55,972 bases of DNA, filler included, from Dimargaris cristalligena (GCA_003614675.1; 5 parts of 5 records of this genome joined end to end with filler, not necessarily neighbours in it); one strand, 5' to 3'. Positions 1-12,963 are shown, counted from the whole stretch's first letter. Translations and numbers: made by a program. The notes: generated by a model from the sequence alone, not told the origin.

Positions 1-33
1 GATACCCTTGCCAGATCCGTACATGCGACCCAT
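1..33 (-). CDS. RPS13: 40S ribosomal protein S13 (uS15), N-terminal fragment; the gene runs off the window start
   Basis: The reverse complement of 1-33 reads ATG GGT CGC ATG TAC GGA TCT GGC AAG GGT ATC = MGRMYGSGKGI, the conserved N-terminus of eukaryotic uS15 (MGRMH/YxxGKGI). Confidence 0.85.
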   Translation of the reverse strand, partial: MGRMYGSGKGI

Positions 34-1360
34 GGTGATTAGATTGGTAAACTCGTCGGGAGAGAGAAGAGTAAGGTAAAAAGTACCGTGGAGTAGTCCG
101 AGTGAGATCGAAATGAAAGAAGAGGAGGAATCTCGAGTAACGAGTGGTTGCCGGGTTTTGTATAGAGCTGGCGGGTGTCGAGTTTTCCAAGAGTTTCACC
201 TTTTCAAATAGGGGGGAGGGTTTTTTTTTCACTCAAGGGGGTGGTGTGGGTTACGGTGGGATTTATATTCAGCTCTAAACTTTTAATAGTGTTTATTTTT
301 TCCCCATCTGATATTATTTCTTTCTAGGCTTCTCCCCTCCTGTGGCCATTTGGCTGACCGCGGGCTTCATCAATCGGCCGAAACGACCCCATCAGTCATG
401 TGATAACACGTGATCTGCAATTCCCCCGAGCGGTACCGAGTACAGAGGCAGATTAAATGGCGTCGCGAAGGGGGAGGAGAGTGTGAGTGGTGGTAGTATA
501 TTGCCTCAAAGAAGGAATTAGGTGATTAATGGATCCGCTCTGTACCGAGGGGGAGGAAGCAGGGATATTTATCATTCGGGTTGTGAGTCTCAGCCGGATG
601 CTTCGGTCAGCCGGCACTACATGATCAACAGACTGGGGAGAAAGGATAGGTTGGGGAGGGGGATTTCCTAGTGGTTGGGATAGCAGTCAATCACAGCCAT
701 TAATGACGTTGTGCCGACTGGCTGATTACCTCCTGCCCCACATCCATGAAAGGCATCGTCGGAGAAATTCCAAGGAATCCCGCGCCAATGGCTCTGGACT
801 GGTGCGTGGCCTCCGTATCTAATGGGCATGTTTCGGTCGCCAGGGGTTCCCAACAACGTTCGTCTGCGGGGGGTGAATCGTGCATAATCAACATTCAGTT
901 GAGCCTTCCATGGCCGTGGACTCCTGCCATTCTACAGCTATAAAGCATTGTTCCTGTTCATCCACTCCCGTCATTGCTACACTCCAACTATTAACTACTT
1001 CATGCTTCGCTCTTCTAGGTACATGTCCAACTTCGATTAATCTCCCTATTTTTGTCCCTTCAGGTACTACAGGCCTTGGATTTTTGATAGAACTCTGCTG
1101 GTCTTATGAGTAGGCCGTCTATAGCCGCTCTACTTCGAAACACCCGTGGTGTCACCTTTACTAATATAGACATATATACGAATATATCCCTCTATCTATC
1201 CCGAAGCCTCTCCCTTAAACCTCGGGTTACTACCATACTACTCATTTAGACTTTGGACCGTTCTATTGCCTTGACTGTTACTTCACCCGCTTCATTTTAT
1301 TTCGGTACCACCTTCCGCCTTGACCTTTTGGCCGTGACTGTTTAGTACTGTACTTCCAAC

Positions 1361-3838
1361 ATGCCCTCCAAACCGCTGGGCAAACGCTCGGCCCATTTCG
1401 CGCCCATTGGCTCAGAGAGTGATGGCAACCTCGCCAGCTACACGCTTCCCGGCGAGGGTGCAGACCCTCTCGATAGTCTTCCCCCCAATGCCAAGCCCGA
1501 CTATTCCCGCCACCACCCCTCCAACTCCGAACCAACCCCAACGACTCTGGCCGGGGTCGAGACCGATGCCGATACTGAAGCGCAATTAGGCTACTTTGAC
1601 CTACTCCCTAGTGGGGCATCCCAATCGTACGGTCGCCGTAACAATAACCGGCATGGTAGCCAGGTCGACTATTCGATTGATATGGGCGACGACGACGCCG
1701 ACTCCCATCTCTCGTGTGAGGGTCTCGAAGAGTACGCTCCCATGGCCCCGCCCACGCCCCGGGCGTCGGTAGACCTGAAGCGCCGACCCTCGCGAACACA
1801 CGGCCGAACCCCGCGCCGAAACTTGTGGCTGGGGTCAATGGCCCTCGGCGTGTGTATATTTACGTTTACGTGTCAGACAGTAAGTCCTATGATCCCCCAC
1901 TATTTTAATGCTTTGTGCATTGGCTATGTTTATGGAGCTATAAAAGGCTGTTCCAAAATTAGCCAAATTTTGGAATGCCCATCACTTTGGTTACTGACTA
2001 TTCAGTGTAATCTTTCTGGGGGGAGCCTATCCGGAAATCAGCGGACCATCTCAAATGGGCCACGGGAACAAAGTGCGGTGGCGAGGGCAACTCGCTATAG
2101 CTGCTGTAGGGGGCCACGCCCACCTGATCTTACCAATAGAGTGGTTATCTCTTCCTCCATTCTCTGATTCAAGCCACCTACCTGCTTGACCAATTCCCAT
2201 GTAATATGATCGGCAAATCCCGGATCTCCTAGGGGGCCCCCAGTTTCAATTTCGATAAACTATATTCAAATACTAACATCCGAATTTCTTTGCCTGCATT
2301 GTCTGCCTATTTTCGCGAACGTTGCGCCATGGACTCGCCTGATTTTTCTTATTCAACTGCAGATGGTTGCCCGCGGCATCCAATCCTGGTATAAATACGA
2401 TAAACCCTATTTTATCCTGTAAGTACTCTAATTCACCATAACGGGCAACAAGCCACTGCCCCACCCACAGCCTGGCTGCCGCTATATTTTAGCCATTTGA
2501 TATGCCACCTGATCCAGAGGATTGGCCATCGCCGCGTAACTAACCTGACCTACCTTTTAACCCCCTCCTATATCCAACCGGGCCCCATCTCGACCGACTA
2601 CTAGCTATGTGGCCCATTCCCTGCTATTCGTTATTTTGCCCCTCCATTATCTCTATGAACGGCTGGGCCCGTCCAAACGGCGATTCGCCAACCAATGGGA
2701 CGAGGTCATGTTGGGTGGGGCTAAATTGATGGGCCAAAGTGGCTATTCCCTGGACGACCACCTCCAAGCACCCGACCTAGTCACGATGACCTGCACCACC
2801 CCCATCCATCCGCACCGCGCCGATTCGAGCGATAGCTACACGGCCATCAGTCCGACCCCCAACGACTACCACCCTGAAGAAACCCACCGATCCCTCCGCA
2901 ACAACAGTACCGGGAGCGGCGGTGGAGGAAGTCGTCGACCCCGCATCCCCCGCCAGTACCACCGGACCATCATGAAATTCCTCTTTTGGCGGTGCCTCTG
3001 GTTGGCCCTGCTCCTCAATCTTGCATCGTACCTGTGGTACGTGGCCGTTAATCTAACCTCCATGTCCAAAGTCAGCGCCATCTATAATACCTCGTGCTTC
3101 TTCGCTTACCTTTTTTCCATTCTATTGCTCAATGATCGGATCATGGTGAGCAAAATTGTGGCCGTTTTTATCAGTATTGCCGGAGTCATGATCATGATTT
3201 TGGTGAACCGGCCGGGGGAAACGGTGGATGGTGGGGAGAGACAGGTTCCCGATACCCACAGTCAGTTGGTAGGCCGCGCCTCGGCTTCTTCTTCGGCTGT
3301 ATCTACATCGGCGGTGGATGTTCATGGTGGGCAGCGGGAATTCATTGGGGACGTGGTCTCCCTATTATGTGCCAGCCTCATCGGGCTATACCAAGTCGTA
3401 TACAAACGGTTCGGCACGCTGTCCGACTACCATTCCCTCCTATTCGTCGATGCCATGCTGGCCATCATCGGAGTGTGTACCCTCGTTATTTGTTGGCTGC
3501 CCCTTCCTTTTCTGTCCTGGATTGAATTCGAGGTGTTCGAAATTCCCGCCTGGCCCATCTTCCGCCTGCTTCTATTGAACGCCTTTTTCGGGGTCCTGTA
3601 CAATGGTGCTATTCTCGTGGTCTTGGTTCTGACTTCACCCCTATTCGCATCCGTCGGTATCATGCTCACTATCCCCGTCATTGCGGTCATCGATATGATC
3701 ATTAATGGGCAGGTGCTGGCTTGGAACGTTGCCCTGGGTGGAGTCGGAATTCTAGTAGGGTTCGCGATATTGACTTACGTTCAAGTGAAGGATGCGTTGG
3801 ATAATCCCGGTCGGTCCAGTGGAATTTCAGTCCACTAA
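1361..3838 (+). CDS. Drug/metabolite transporter (EamA/SLC35F-like) multi-pass membrane protein, 3 exons
   Basis: Exons 1361-1879, 2363-2418 and 2605-3838 with GTAAGT..AG introns join in frame (CQT|MVARGIQSWYKYDKPYFIL|YVAHSLLF). About 10 hydrophobic helices. The motif LWYVAVNLTSMSKVSAIYNTSCFFAYLFSILLL is typical of fungal SLC35F/DUF6 transporters. Confidence 0.85.
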
Positions 3839-4400
3839 ATAATGTTTTTTTAAGGTTTTCCTCCGTCTAGTTGGCCTTGTTGTCCGTAAATATTCGTTTG
3901 TGCCAAAGGGTATTCCACAACGAGGATTACTTGTTTATTTTATATTGTTGACATGGACACACACTCTCTCTCCGCCATCTATTATATACATATACATATG
4001 CACATATTCCTTGATTCATTATTTCTGGTTTGGCAATTCACTTAGTGAGTAGCTCAGTATAAATGGGTATATCCCAAATTTTAATTGAGATTTTTAATAA
4101 TTGGAGGCAAGTTAAATGTGATACATTATTAGTAATATTTGTGACCCATATTCTATGTATAAAACAAGCTATTGGATACAGATACGCAATTGATTGCGGG
4201 TGAACGGTTCAGAATAATCATATAAAATACTAGACGAGTTTGGTGCAATATTTACCAAAACATATCCCCGTTGAGGTAATATTTTAGTAAAGAATGTCGG
4301 ACTTTTGCTCGGTACTTTTTGTATAGTCACATTGATGAAGGGATGACTGCTGGGATAAATTGAACTATAAATATTGAAACCCATCATTTTTGTAACTAAG

Positions 4401-5805
4401 CTACTCCAGCAGCCAGTCCGGAATGGTCATTTGCACCGATTCCAGGATGCTATGCACCGTATTCCGGGGGAGCCATACTGATTCTTCGGCCGGTAACCCG
4501 GCCTCCCGCAGCAATTCAAGAGTGGTAGATTTGCGGACCCGGATGGCCAATCTGGGGGACCCATTCGAATCACGGTAAAGGTGGACGTGTCGGTGGGCGC
4601 TAGGTTCACCGGGGTCGTACGGCCAGGGCAATTCGCGAATGGGCAGATCAGCGGGAAACGACTGGAAGGCTTGCTGAAAGCCCTGGCGCTGGGCCATACC
4701 CTTGGCCGCGCTCTCCGGGCCCGCGTGGGCGATGGCCCATTCCCGTGATTCCAAACCCCCGTATTCCAGGACCACTACGGCGAGAAATTGCTGGACTTTG
4801 GAGTCAACGGGGATGTGTGGACTGGAGGAATGGTTCACCAGGTGCATGAGTTTCGCAATTTGGCCCGTGACGGCCAAGGTGGCCCCCACACTGACCAGAA
4901 ATTCGGTGACTAGGTTGGAGTATAGGGGGTTCCATTCAATGGTTTGGAACATTTTGACATGGGCGCGAGTCAGGGGGTCCTGGTACCGGTCGGCCGCGGC
5001 AATGATGCGGGGATAATCCCAGGTAACGGCGGAGAACCTTTCGTAAATGAGCATCATGAGGTCGGCGGGAAAATTCGAGAGCGCATAAATGAGGGGGAAT
5101 ACGACCCGACACTGGGCATGGGTGAGGCGGGTGTAGTCGATGTAGTCCCACTCGGCCGTTAGAGCATGGAGGTTGTCTCGTTTGGCGAGCAAATACCTGT
5201 CTAGCAGGATTTGCTTACGGGCCAACGTAGTGTCGCCGTGGGCCCTATTTAAAACCCGCTGTAGGCCCGTGAGATCCCACCTCCAGACTGTACGCATGAT
5301 GACGCTTTCTAGTTGCAGGGGTATAAGAGCTCCGAGAGACTCTGGGCTTAGGTGTTCTCGACTCAGAAGGGGAACGACCTGCACCGGTTGACGTGTGATG
5401 GCGGTTGATAGAGCTGCAGTGGGAATTGGTTAAAGGCAATATAGTAACCTATTCGAATACTCCGAGGGGCTTGGTCAGTACAGAGAGGCGGCCGCAACAT
5501 GTAGTAATATAAATAAGCAAACAACTTACAGGCATAATCATGTTCATTCTATGATTGTTGTTGGCCATGCGGCTAATATTTTTATTAACGGTAACTAAAC
5601 GACAAAGGTTCCTCCAGGGCAGGTTATCCACGACCTGGTCGAAAATTTCCTGGGGTAGGGCAAGCAGTCTTGATGCCTGGAGACTGGCCTCGTCGGGTGG
5701 GCCGCTCTTCTCAGCTGACACATAGCTGGGGAAAGGGTGTCCGGTCGGAGTAAGGGGTAAAGCGAGAGCCATCCCAACTCCGAATACAAGATACCGTTTT
5801 AGCAT
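4401..5805 (-). CDS. Putative secreted protein: signal peptide + F-box-like motif + unknown helical domain, 2 exons, about 417 aa
   Basis: Exon 1 5805-5530, phase-0 intron 5529-5379 (GTAAGT..CAG), exon 2 5378-4401; this joins the two ORF-track fragments. N-terminus MLKRYLVFGVGMALA/LP looks like a signal peptide. LLALPQEIFDQVVDNLPWRNLCRLVTVNKNISRMA matches the F-box consensus LPxEIxxxIxxxLxxxxLxxLxxVxK. Confidence 0.75.
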
Positions 5806-7564
5806 CGATGCGTCGAACCCACCAGGGGAAGGGCGTTTAGATTGTAACGATTAGGTAAATATGGAAAGGCAGCAGTATAAGGTATGCTTGGAATACCACA
5901 GGGTAGTAAATATATATATATCCAAAATACCAAAGCAGAATGGTCCATACAAGAACTACAATTGGCAAAATGGGTGCAAGGCAGTCCCAGGATATATATA
6001 CAATACACGAGGGTATGCTAAGCAGTACTGCGTGGGGGTTTAAATTAGAGCTATTAAAGAATAGATAGGGTCGCATGTCTGGAAGCCATATTAAGAGTAC
6101 AGCGATTACGAGGGATATGATACGGCAATCCCCCTTATGGACATGTGCCCCTAGTAGTAGCCGCATCTAACTGATAGGGCCAGTTGACTAAAGTCACTTG
6201 TTTAGGGCCTATTTGCTTGTACCACGCTGGCGGCTCATAGGGTCTTATCGGTGTATCATTTCGACTTCCCAATTCTAAATTCAGTTGGATTTGGAAGTGA
6301 AGCTGGGGAAAAGCGGTAAGCAAACTGCAATGTGGCGGGAGAGACAGAAGAGGTCGTGCAACTCGTCTATAAAGCGAGCACATGGTTTCGCTGCAAGGCC
6401 AACCGAGAGGGCCTTTTAGACTGGTATTCAATGGTGAAATTATCTTGATTTGGGCGAGTCTTTGGATATAGGCATGTTTCTTCCATGGTAGAGCAAAAAG
6501 TGTATATATCTCGTGGTTGGTCACGTAAGGAACAGGGAAAGGGAATCGCGCCGACCCGGGAAATGTAAAATCGCTGAACATTAGAATACCCTTATTGAGG
6601 GTAGGGGCGACGGGACTTACGACCAACGAGATGTAAATAGACCACACTTCTTCAATTGGACGGGTTTCGTATTAAAATATAGGAGCCGAGGATAATGTAT
6701 TAGGGCATACATGAAGTCATTATGTTTACCGTCTTTTAATTCATGTGCCTCCCCGCTTCCCCGGACTAGTACTGGCTAAAAGCTATTCTCACATATTCGC
6801 CTGTACACGTATTATGTATAACCCTATACAGCTGGTTTGAATTTCATCCAATATATTTCGCTAAAGAGCAACAGTACACGTTGTGTCCAAATTGCCTTGG
6901 TGAAAATAAGCCTGAAGTCCATGTATTCCATACACACTACTGGGGCAATTAAGGCACAGTGAATAAATATTGCCCCACGCCAGGGCACATTTTGTCCCAA
7001 GGCCCTCCTCACCTCCACCCAAGTAGTAGTGAATTACAGGGGGGGCGGAGTTGGATATTCGATGCTCGACTCCCTTTGGTGGGATGAAAGCGACTGGTTG
7101 TTTTACGGGGGAAGTCGAGCCCTAAGAGCTGGCAAAGAAGCCCTCGCCAATCTCAACAGCGACAACGACTATGACAGTCAACCCAGCCTACGAAAGTGCC
7201 CATTAAGTAAGCGTTAGCTTAGAGACTCGAGAACCACTTACTCACTCACTGTTCTCCTACTTTCCACCTGTGCCGCATTTCCCTTCTATCTCTCCATCCT
7301 CTCTACGGTTCCTAATTTATCCGTTGCTCCGAGACTATCGCAGTGCCATCCCAACCCACCTACTGTTATCGGTAAGCCCTTTCGTCCATGTTAGCAGATG
7401 GCCGGGCAACCCCTCTCCCCCCGCGATTCCTTCTCGGGGGCCAATCGCACTTTACTATCCCCCCCCAACTGCAGGAATCCTACCCCGGCATTGCCTAAGG
7501 CTAATTCATATTCGACCATCCCGACCCTCTTCTTCTGCCCCTATCCTCCCACCCCGGCTAGACT

Positions 7565-9590
7565 ATGGAATACGAGGATGTCTTGACCAACCAGCCCGTC
7601 GTCATTGACAATGTAAGTAGCTTCCGTAAAAGGGCTTATTTATTACTAGCCGACCCTACACATTCCCCCCCCCCCCGCTCGACACATTGGTGGTGTAAAT
7701 TTGCCTCGGAAATACTCCCGTATTGTGGACCCAAACTAACGATAGGCCTAGGTTCGCTTGATTATCTAATGTAGGGCTCGGGTGTTATTAAGGCCGGTTT
7801 CGCCGGTGAAGACAAACCCAACTGCTTCTTTCCCAGCTAGTAAGTTTACCATTTACTAGGATTCCTCTTTTATTGAACTCATACTGCCTTGTTCGTTGAT
7901 AGTGACTCTCATTTTATCCATCAAGCTCCCCACCAGTATTTAGGGGTGAACCAGCCTGCTCCGCCGCTGGGATTGGGTAATGAAAGGGCCTGTCAAAGAA
8001 TTACACTGACCCCCCTTTTATTCGACATTCTATTTCCCTCGGCACTTTACCTCCCCAGTGTGGGTCGCCCCAAACACACCCGGGTCCTGGCGGGCGCCGT
8101 GGAGGGTGATCACTTTATCGGCCGCAAAGCCGAAGAACTGCGGGGTCTCCTCAAGATTAAATACCCGCTCGAACACGGAGTGGTTACCGACTGGGACGAT
8201 ATGGAGAAGATATGGCAGCATGTCTATACCGAGGAGCTGAAAATACCATCGGAGGAGCACCCCGTTCTCTTGACCGAGGCGCCCCTGAACCCCCGGCAGA
8301 ATCGCGAACAAGCCGCCCAAATCTTTTTCGAAACCTTCAACGTCCCGGCTTTCTATACCTCCATCCAGGCCGTGCTCAGTCTCTATTCTTCGGGCCGTAC
8401 CACCGGTATTGTCCTGGACTCGGGAGACGGAGTCACCCACGCCGTGCCGGTTTTCGAAGGGTTCGCTATGCCCCATGCCATTAAGCGGATCGACGTGGCC
8501 GGTCGGGATGTGACCGACTATCTCCAGCTTCTGCTCCGCAAATCCGGCTACCACTTCCATACCTCAGCGGAAAAAGAGGTGGTTCGTATTATCAAGGAGA
8601 AGACGTGTTACGTGGCATTGAATCCCAGTAAAGAGGAAAAGGACTTTGGTAACAAGAGCAACGACTTTGTTCTACCCGACGGACAAGTCATCAAAGTAAG
8701 TATACCATTAAGCTCGGTACTGGTCTTTCGCAATCCCGCTTCTCTCTAAGCCCTTTCACTTTATTCCGGGGCGTATGTAAGAGCACCACCATCTCACCAC
8801 ATAACCTTTCCTCCTATGCTACTTAATTTTCTGCACCGATAATTAGTTGGGTTCGGAACGCTTCCGTGCTCCCGAGGTCCTGTTCGACCCTGAAATCATC
8901 GGCGAGGAATTCCCAGGTATCCATCAGATCGTTGTTGACTCTATCCAGAAAGTTGACATGGACCTCCGCAAATCATTGTACTCCAATGTGGTTTTGTCTG
9001 GGGGCACCACTCTCTGCCGAGGTAAGTTCCACAGTTTACCGCCATAATCATCTAAATTGCCACACACCCCCTCTTGCTTATCCGGTATGGGGCTGGCTGT
9101 ACATTGGGCCATAGCGACTAATCCATTTTTTACGTTGTTTAACATTGTATCATTTTCAATGCCGTTCCTTACTTGGTCACCCATGATGTCGTCGATTGAA
9201 CACTAACCAGGCTTCGGTGACCGTCTTCTTAACGAAGTGCGTAAACTGGCCGTTAAAGATAGCAAAATTAAGATTTCCGCCCCTCCCGAGCGTAAATACA
9301 GTACCTGGATCGGTGGTTCTATTCTTGCCTCGCTCGGCACTTTCAAGAAGGTTGGTCTTGTTTATTATCCACTGCGGTGGTTTTGTGCAATGATAGGTGT
9401 GGTTTCCTCGTCACTACATGTAAATAGATATACATCTCCGTAGTCCTTGTTCACCTATGTATTTAACCAATTTACTAACTATTGGTTTTCTTATTTATAC
9501 GTGTATCGTGCTAATTCCCGACTATAGATGTGGGTATCGGCTGATGAATACCAAGAGGACCCAGATATCATCCACCGGAAGTCGTTTTAG
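7565..9590 (+). CDS. ARP1: Actin-related protein 1 (centractin, dynactin filament), 6 exons
   Basis: Exons 7565-7612, 7775-7839, 8059-8695, 8847-9021, 9211-9350 and 9528-9590, all with GT..AG introns. Arp1-diagnostic stretches: [59 protein letters not shown], and the C-terminus [10 protein letters not shown]. Confidence 0.95.
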
Positions 9591-10834
9591 AAATTGGTTT
9601 AATTTAGTGGTGTTTCCGTTGGCCTGTACCCATCATTTGATGGCTTTAACTTTATGATGCTCACGTCCACTGTTTGTTTTTACTCTATAAACCTATGCTA
9701 CCGCCGATGAGACTAACGCATTCTCAGTTTCTTGTGTACCACAACAAGTCTGGGGTAAATTCTTCCCTCCCCTCCCTCTTCCCCTCGACAATTTCGGGAA
9801 AACAGATACTAGACAAGTACAGCGTCCACTGAATTGAGTAATAAACCCATCGAGGTTAGAACTTTATGCTAATACACCCCCCCATTTGTTTCCATTATCA
9901 ATCATTCACCGGACTGGCGTTATCAACCCCCCTTCTCCCATTACCGGCCGTTCTTTTCCCCTCTCCCTGTTTCCCTTGCCACTGATGCGCTTAGTATGTC
10001 TTCTTCTGTTCTCACCCTCTCGAGTGACTTTAACCCATTTTTATTCATTGGATTGTTTCAAGGATTTTTTTATTATTCGAAATGTAATCATTTGGCCATT
10101 TGAAAAAATACATTGTGCAAAGAACAATGGTTGTGCTGGCCCTATAACTGATGGCGGCACTAAACAGCCAGGGAATGAACCACCAACTGAGTGGGCTGTA
10201 AAAAGGTCAAGATGTACTCTAGTACTCCAGGATTCCAAATGTTAAGGCGCTGTATGGCCAGCTAATCGTGTGTCGATTGGCTGTTCTTAAACTGGCATAT
10301 ATAGACATAATTGAAAAGATGACTAAAGCTGTAATAGCCGAACCCAGGAGGGGTAAATGTGGAAAATCATAAATACACACAGAGGCCAGGCTGGTATAAA
10401 TAATAATTAAATAGGCCGATTGTAGTTGTATACTCCACTCATCTTGTGCGACATCCTGACCCACACGTATAATAATTATAAAACCAATTTTTCCCTCAGA
10501 TAGTCAGTAAATATCCATAATATAACTTGGGAGTCTAGGCTATCGGACCAGCTCTTCGCCCAGTCAGTTTTAGTCACTTCCCCATTATTTGTATTTGCTG
10601 TTAAAAAAACCCAATTCAATGCTGTAAATATATATAAAAACGGAATTTATTAGCATCCTGCCGAGGTCATATTAATTTATAATAATGACCACATATATCC
10701 AACATGCCCAGAAGCCACCATAAGCATAACTTTGGTATATTATTACTAAGTTGTTTGGGCCATTATAGGATGCAAAAACAAATGTAAGCACCTTGTTGAT
10801 CACGGTTGGCAAAAGATGAAGAATAAAAAAATGT

Positions 10835-10907
10835 CGCCCGAAGAGGGGCTCGAACCCTCGACATTAAGGTTAAAAGCCTCACGCTCTACCAGCTGAGCTA
10901 TCCGGGC
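10835..10907 (-). tRNA. tRNA-Lys (anticodon UUU), intronless
   Basis: Minus strand GCCCGGATAGCTCAGCTGGTAGAGCGTGAGGCTTTTAACCTTAATGTCGAGGGTTCGAGCCCCTCTTCGGGCG: 73-nt cloverleaf with A box and B box (GGTTCGAGCCC) and anticodon loop CTTTTAA. A T7 Pol III terminator follows at 10825-10831. Confidence 0.95.
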
Positions 10908-11135
10908 TCACATGTGTTGTGGTAGGACCTGAGACCACTTAGTTAACCATAGTATTCCCTGATTAATCACATATATCCTTTTATCAACGAAGTTCTGATT
11001 TATTATTTTATAGCCTTGCAATATCATAGCAAGTGAGAAATACATCAAATATCATTCGCATTTATATTTGATATCATCATTAGCCAGATATATTCGTAAA
11101 CTCGTCATTATTTATCAATTCAAGCAGTAATACCA

Positions 11136-11235
11136 NNNNNNNNNNNNNNNNNNNNNNNNNNNNNNNNNNNNNNNNNNNNTTAATTAATTAANNNNNNNNN
11201 NNNNNNNNNNNNNNNNNNNNNNNNNNNNNNNNNNN
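11136..11235. other. Artificial contig-join linker (N44-TTAATTAATTAA-N44)
   Basis: A 12-mer with stop codons in all six frames between two 44-N runs, identical at four positions in the window. Confidence 0.97.
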
Positions 11236-12963
11236 AATTTCAAGGCACCCAGAGCCCACGCCCGGGGGGGCGCTGGAAAGGGAGGTGGGGCACCACCACT
11301 CCCGAAGAAGAAACTGTCCCTCTTTGCCCAGCGGCGCGAATTGAAAGCGGCCGGCGCGGAGGGCATGCGTAATAGTAATAATCGACATATGGGTAGGGAC
11401 TACGGTGCCACCACGGCCTCTGGTCCCACTATTTTCTCCCCGGACCGTAGGTTAACCGCCCACTCCCCGTTGGCGCCATTCGCAGGGGAAACTACAGTGT
11501 CCCGCCTATCCCATACCAAGCCAACCCGGTCGTGGGCCGGATCGTTGGAGCGGGAAATTGGTCTCACGGCTGAACAAATCCATGAACAAAACGAACGGCT
11601 GTTGGCCGATATGACGGAGGATGAAATCCGCGAAGCGCAGGAGGAGATCCTCGGTATGCTACCCCCTGATGTGGTCAAGGGTCTATTACAACGTAACGCC
11701 CCCGCTCCCGAGTCATCCGAATCAGCCGCATCGTTGAAGTCGAACCACTCTGACCCTATGCCAAGGGAGTCCAACGCACAAGCCAACGCGAATACGGATA
11801 CGAATACGAATACGGAAACCGCCGAAGCCGAAACCCAATTTCTACGCCAGTTAAAGGAGCGGTATTTCCCCAATTTACCTACCGAGTACGAAAAGTTGGA
11901 ATGGATGGGGGTATGTAAACCCCCCGTGGAAACCACTCCCACCCCCATGGTTGCCCCCGCGTCTATGCCCACCTTAGCCCAATCCGATACCACGACCGAC
12001 GCCTTACCCGCTGAATCCACCTGCCCACCCCTCCGTTTTGATTTCCGCGGCATGATTCTTCCCGAGAATACCGATTTACCCGTGCACAAGGGACTGCACC
12101 ATCACGGGGATCGCCCCGACCAAGCCGGTTATACGCTAGCCGAATTGTTGTACTTGGCCCGTAGTGCGGTGGCCGTTCAGCGGGTGTTGCCCCTGCGTAT
12201 GCTAGGCCAGATTCTGGGACGGTGTCAACAAGCCCTCCTGTCGGATGACGACACCACCCCCGTGCCTGCACCTGAACCTGAACCTGAATCCGAGCCTGTG
12301 GTTGACCCTAAAAAGTCCGGCAAGTCCCGGTCGGTTCCGATTGGCCGCTACCCCCCGGACCTGGCTACCGATATTCTGGCTTATTTCCACCGCGCCCGGC
12401 TACCGTTGTATCTGATGAATTCCCTTTACGAGTCCCATCGCACCTGTATCATGACCGCCTTGGACGTCCTGTACGGACTACTTTTACCCCAGGGTGAGCC
12501 TTCCCTGGTCCCAGTCCCAGTCCAATCTATACCACCCACGACCCCGTTCGCTACGCCGCATCATCAATTCGCGGAGGCTAATTTGCTCGCCGCCGACCGC
12601 CTCGCCGCCCAATCAACTTATACGGGCCTCATCCAAATGGGTCTGGTGGCCCGGCTCGCGGACTTGCTGGGCCCCCGGTCGCCTGTGGTATTGCTCCCCA
12701 TGGCTCGTTATCATGCCCTCCTGCTACTCTGGGCCCTGGTGAAAGTAGCGGGACCGCGGGAATTGGCCATGGATAAAGATGCCGTCAAGGCCCTGGAGAA
12801 GGTGCTGCAGTCTCCAAGTGCCCCGAGTGAGTCGGAATCGAGTGGAGTAGTTGCTGAAACTGACGAAGATACTCATCCCGCACAAATGCTGGATGGTAAA
12901 CTGAAGTCTCTTTCGACTTATCTGCTGACCCAGATTAAACCCGAATCCGACCACAAGAATTAA
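11236..12963 (+). CDS. RBA50: RNA polymerase II-associated protein RPAP1/Rba50, 5'-truncated by the contig start
   Basis: Frame is open from the contig edge (KKKLSLFAQRR). RPAP1_N motif QIHEQNERLLADMTEDEIREAQEEILGMLPP. RPAP1_C motif LRFDFRG..VHKGLHHHGDRPDQAGYTLAELLYLARSAVAVQR. Confidence 0.9.
   Translation, partial: NFKAPRAHARGGAGKGGGAPPLPKKKLSLFAQRRELKAAGAEGMRNSNNRHMGRDYGATTASGPTIFSPDRRLTAHSPLAPFAGETTVSRLSHTKPTRSWAGSLEREIGLTAEQIHEQNERLLADMTEDEIREAQEEILGMLPPDVVKGLLQRNAPAPESSESAASLKSNHSDPMPRESNAQANANTDTNTNTETAEAETQFLRQLKERYFPNLPTEYEKLEWMGVCKPPVETTPTPMVAPASMPTLAQSDTTTDALPAESTCPPLRFDFRGMILPENTDLPVHKGLHHHGDRPDQAGYTLAELLYLARSAVAVQRVLPLRMLGQILGRCQQALLSDDDTTPVPAPEPEPESEPVVDPKKSGKSRSVPIGRYPPDLATDILAYFHRARLPLYLMNSLYESHRTCIMTALDVLYGLLLPQGEPSLVPVPVQSIPPTTPFATPHHQFAEANLLAADRLAAQSTYTGLIQMGLVARLADLLGPRSPVVLLPMARYHALLLLWALVKVAGPRELAMDKDAVKALEKVLQSPSAPSESESSGVVAETDEDTHPAQMLDGKLKSLSTYLLTQIKPESDHKN

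Noticed and set aside
1880-2604. TPP riboswitch in the introns of the SLC35F-like transporter (ACCTGATC near 2122 and ACCTGATCCAG near 2507)
   Set aside because: There is no upstream CTGAGA, no TAAT loop and no CG.AGG closing motif; only a short chance match.
6135-6647. 170-aa minus-strand ORF and other 60-170 aa ORFs in intergenic DNA (e.g. 25410-25856, 28986-29477)
   Set aside because: No domain, no coding-like codon bias, often non-ATG starts, and no splice support.
8030-8560. Long antisense ORFs opposite ARP1; also 11400-12089, 15456-16178, 27721-28383, 30300-31022 and 49096-49701
   Set aside because: These are shadow frames of GC3-rich genes on the other strand and have no recognisable motifs.
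11180-11191. TTAATTAATTAA repeated at about 11.2-kb spacing as a biological periodic element
   Set aside because: It is always embedded in exactly 44+44 Ns and has stops in all frames, so it is a synthetic linker.
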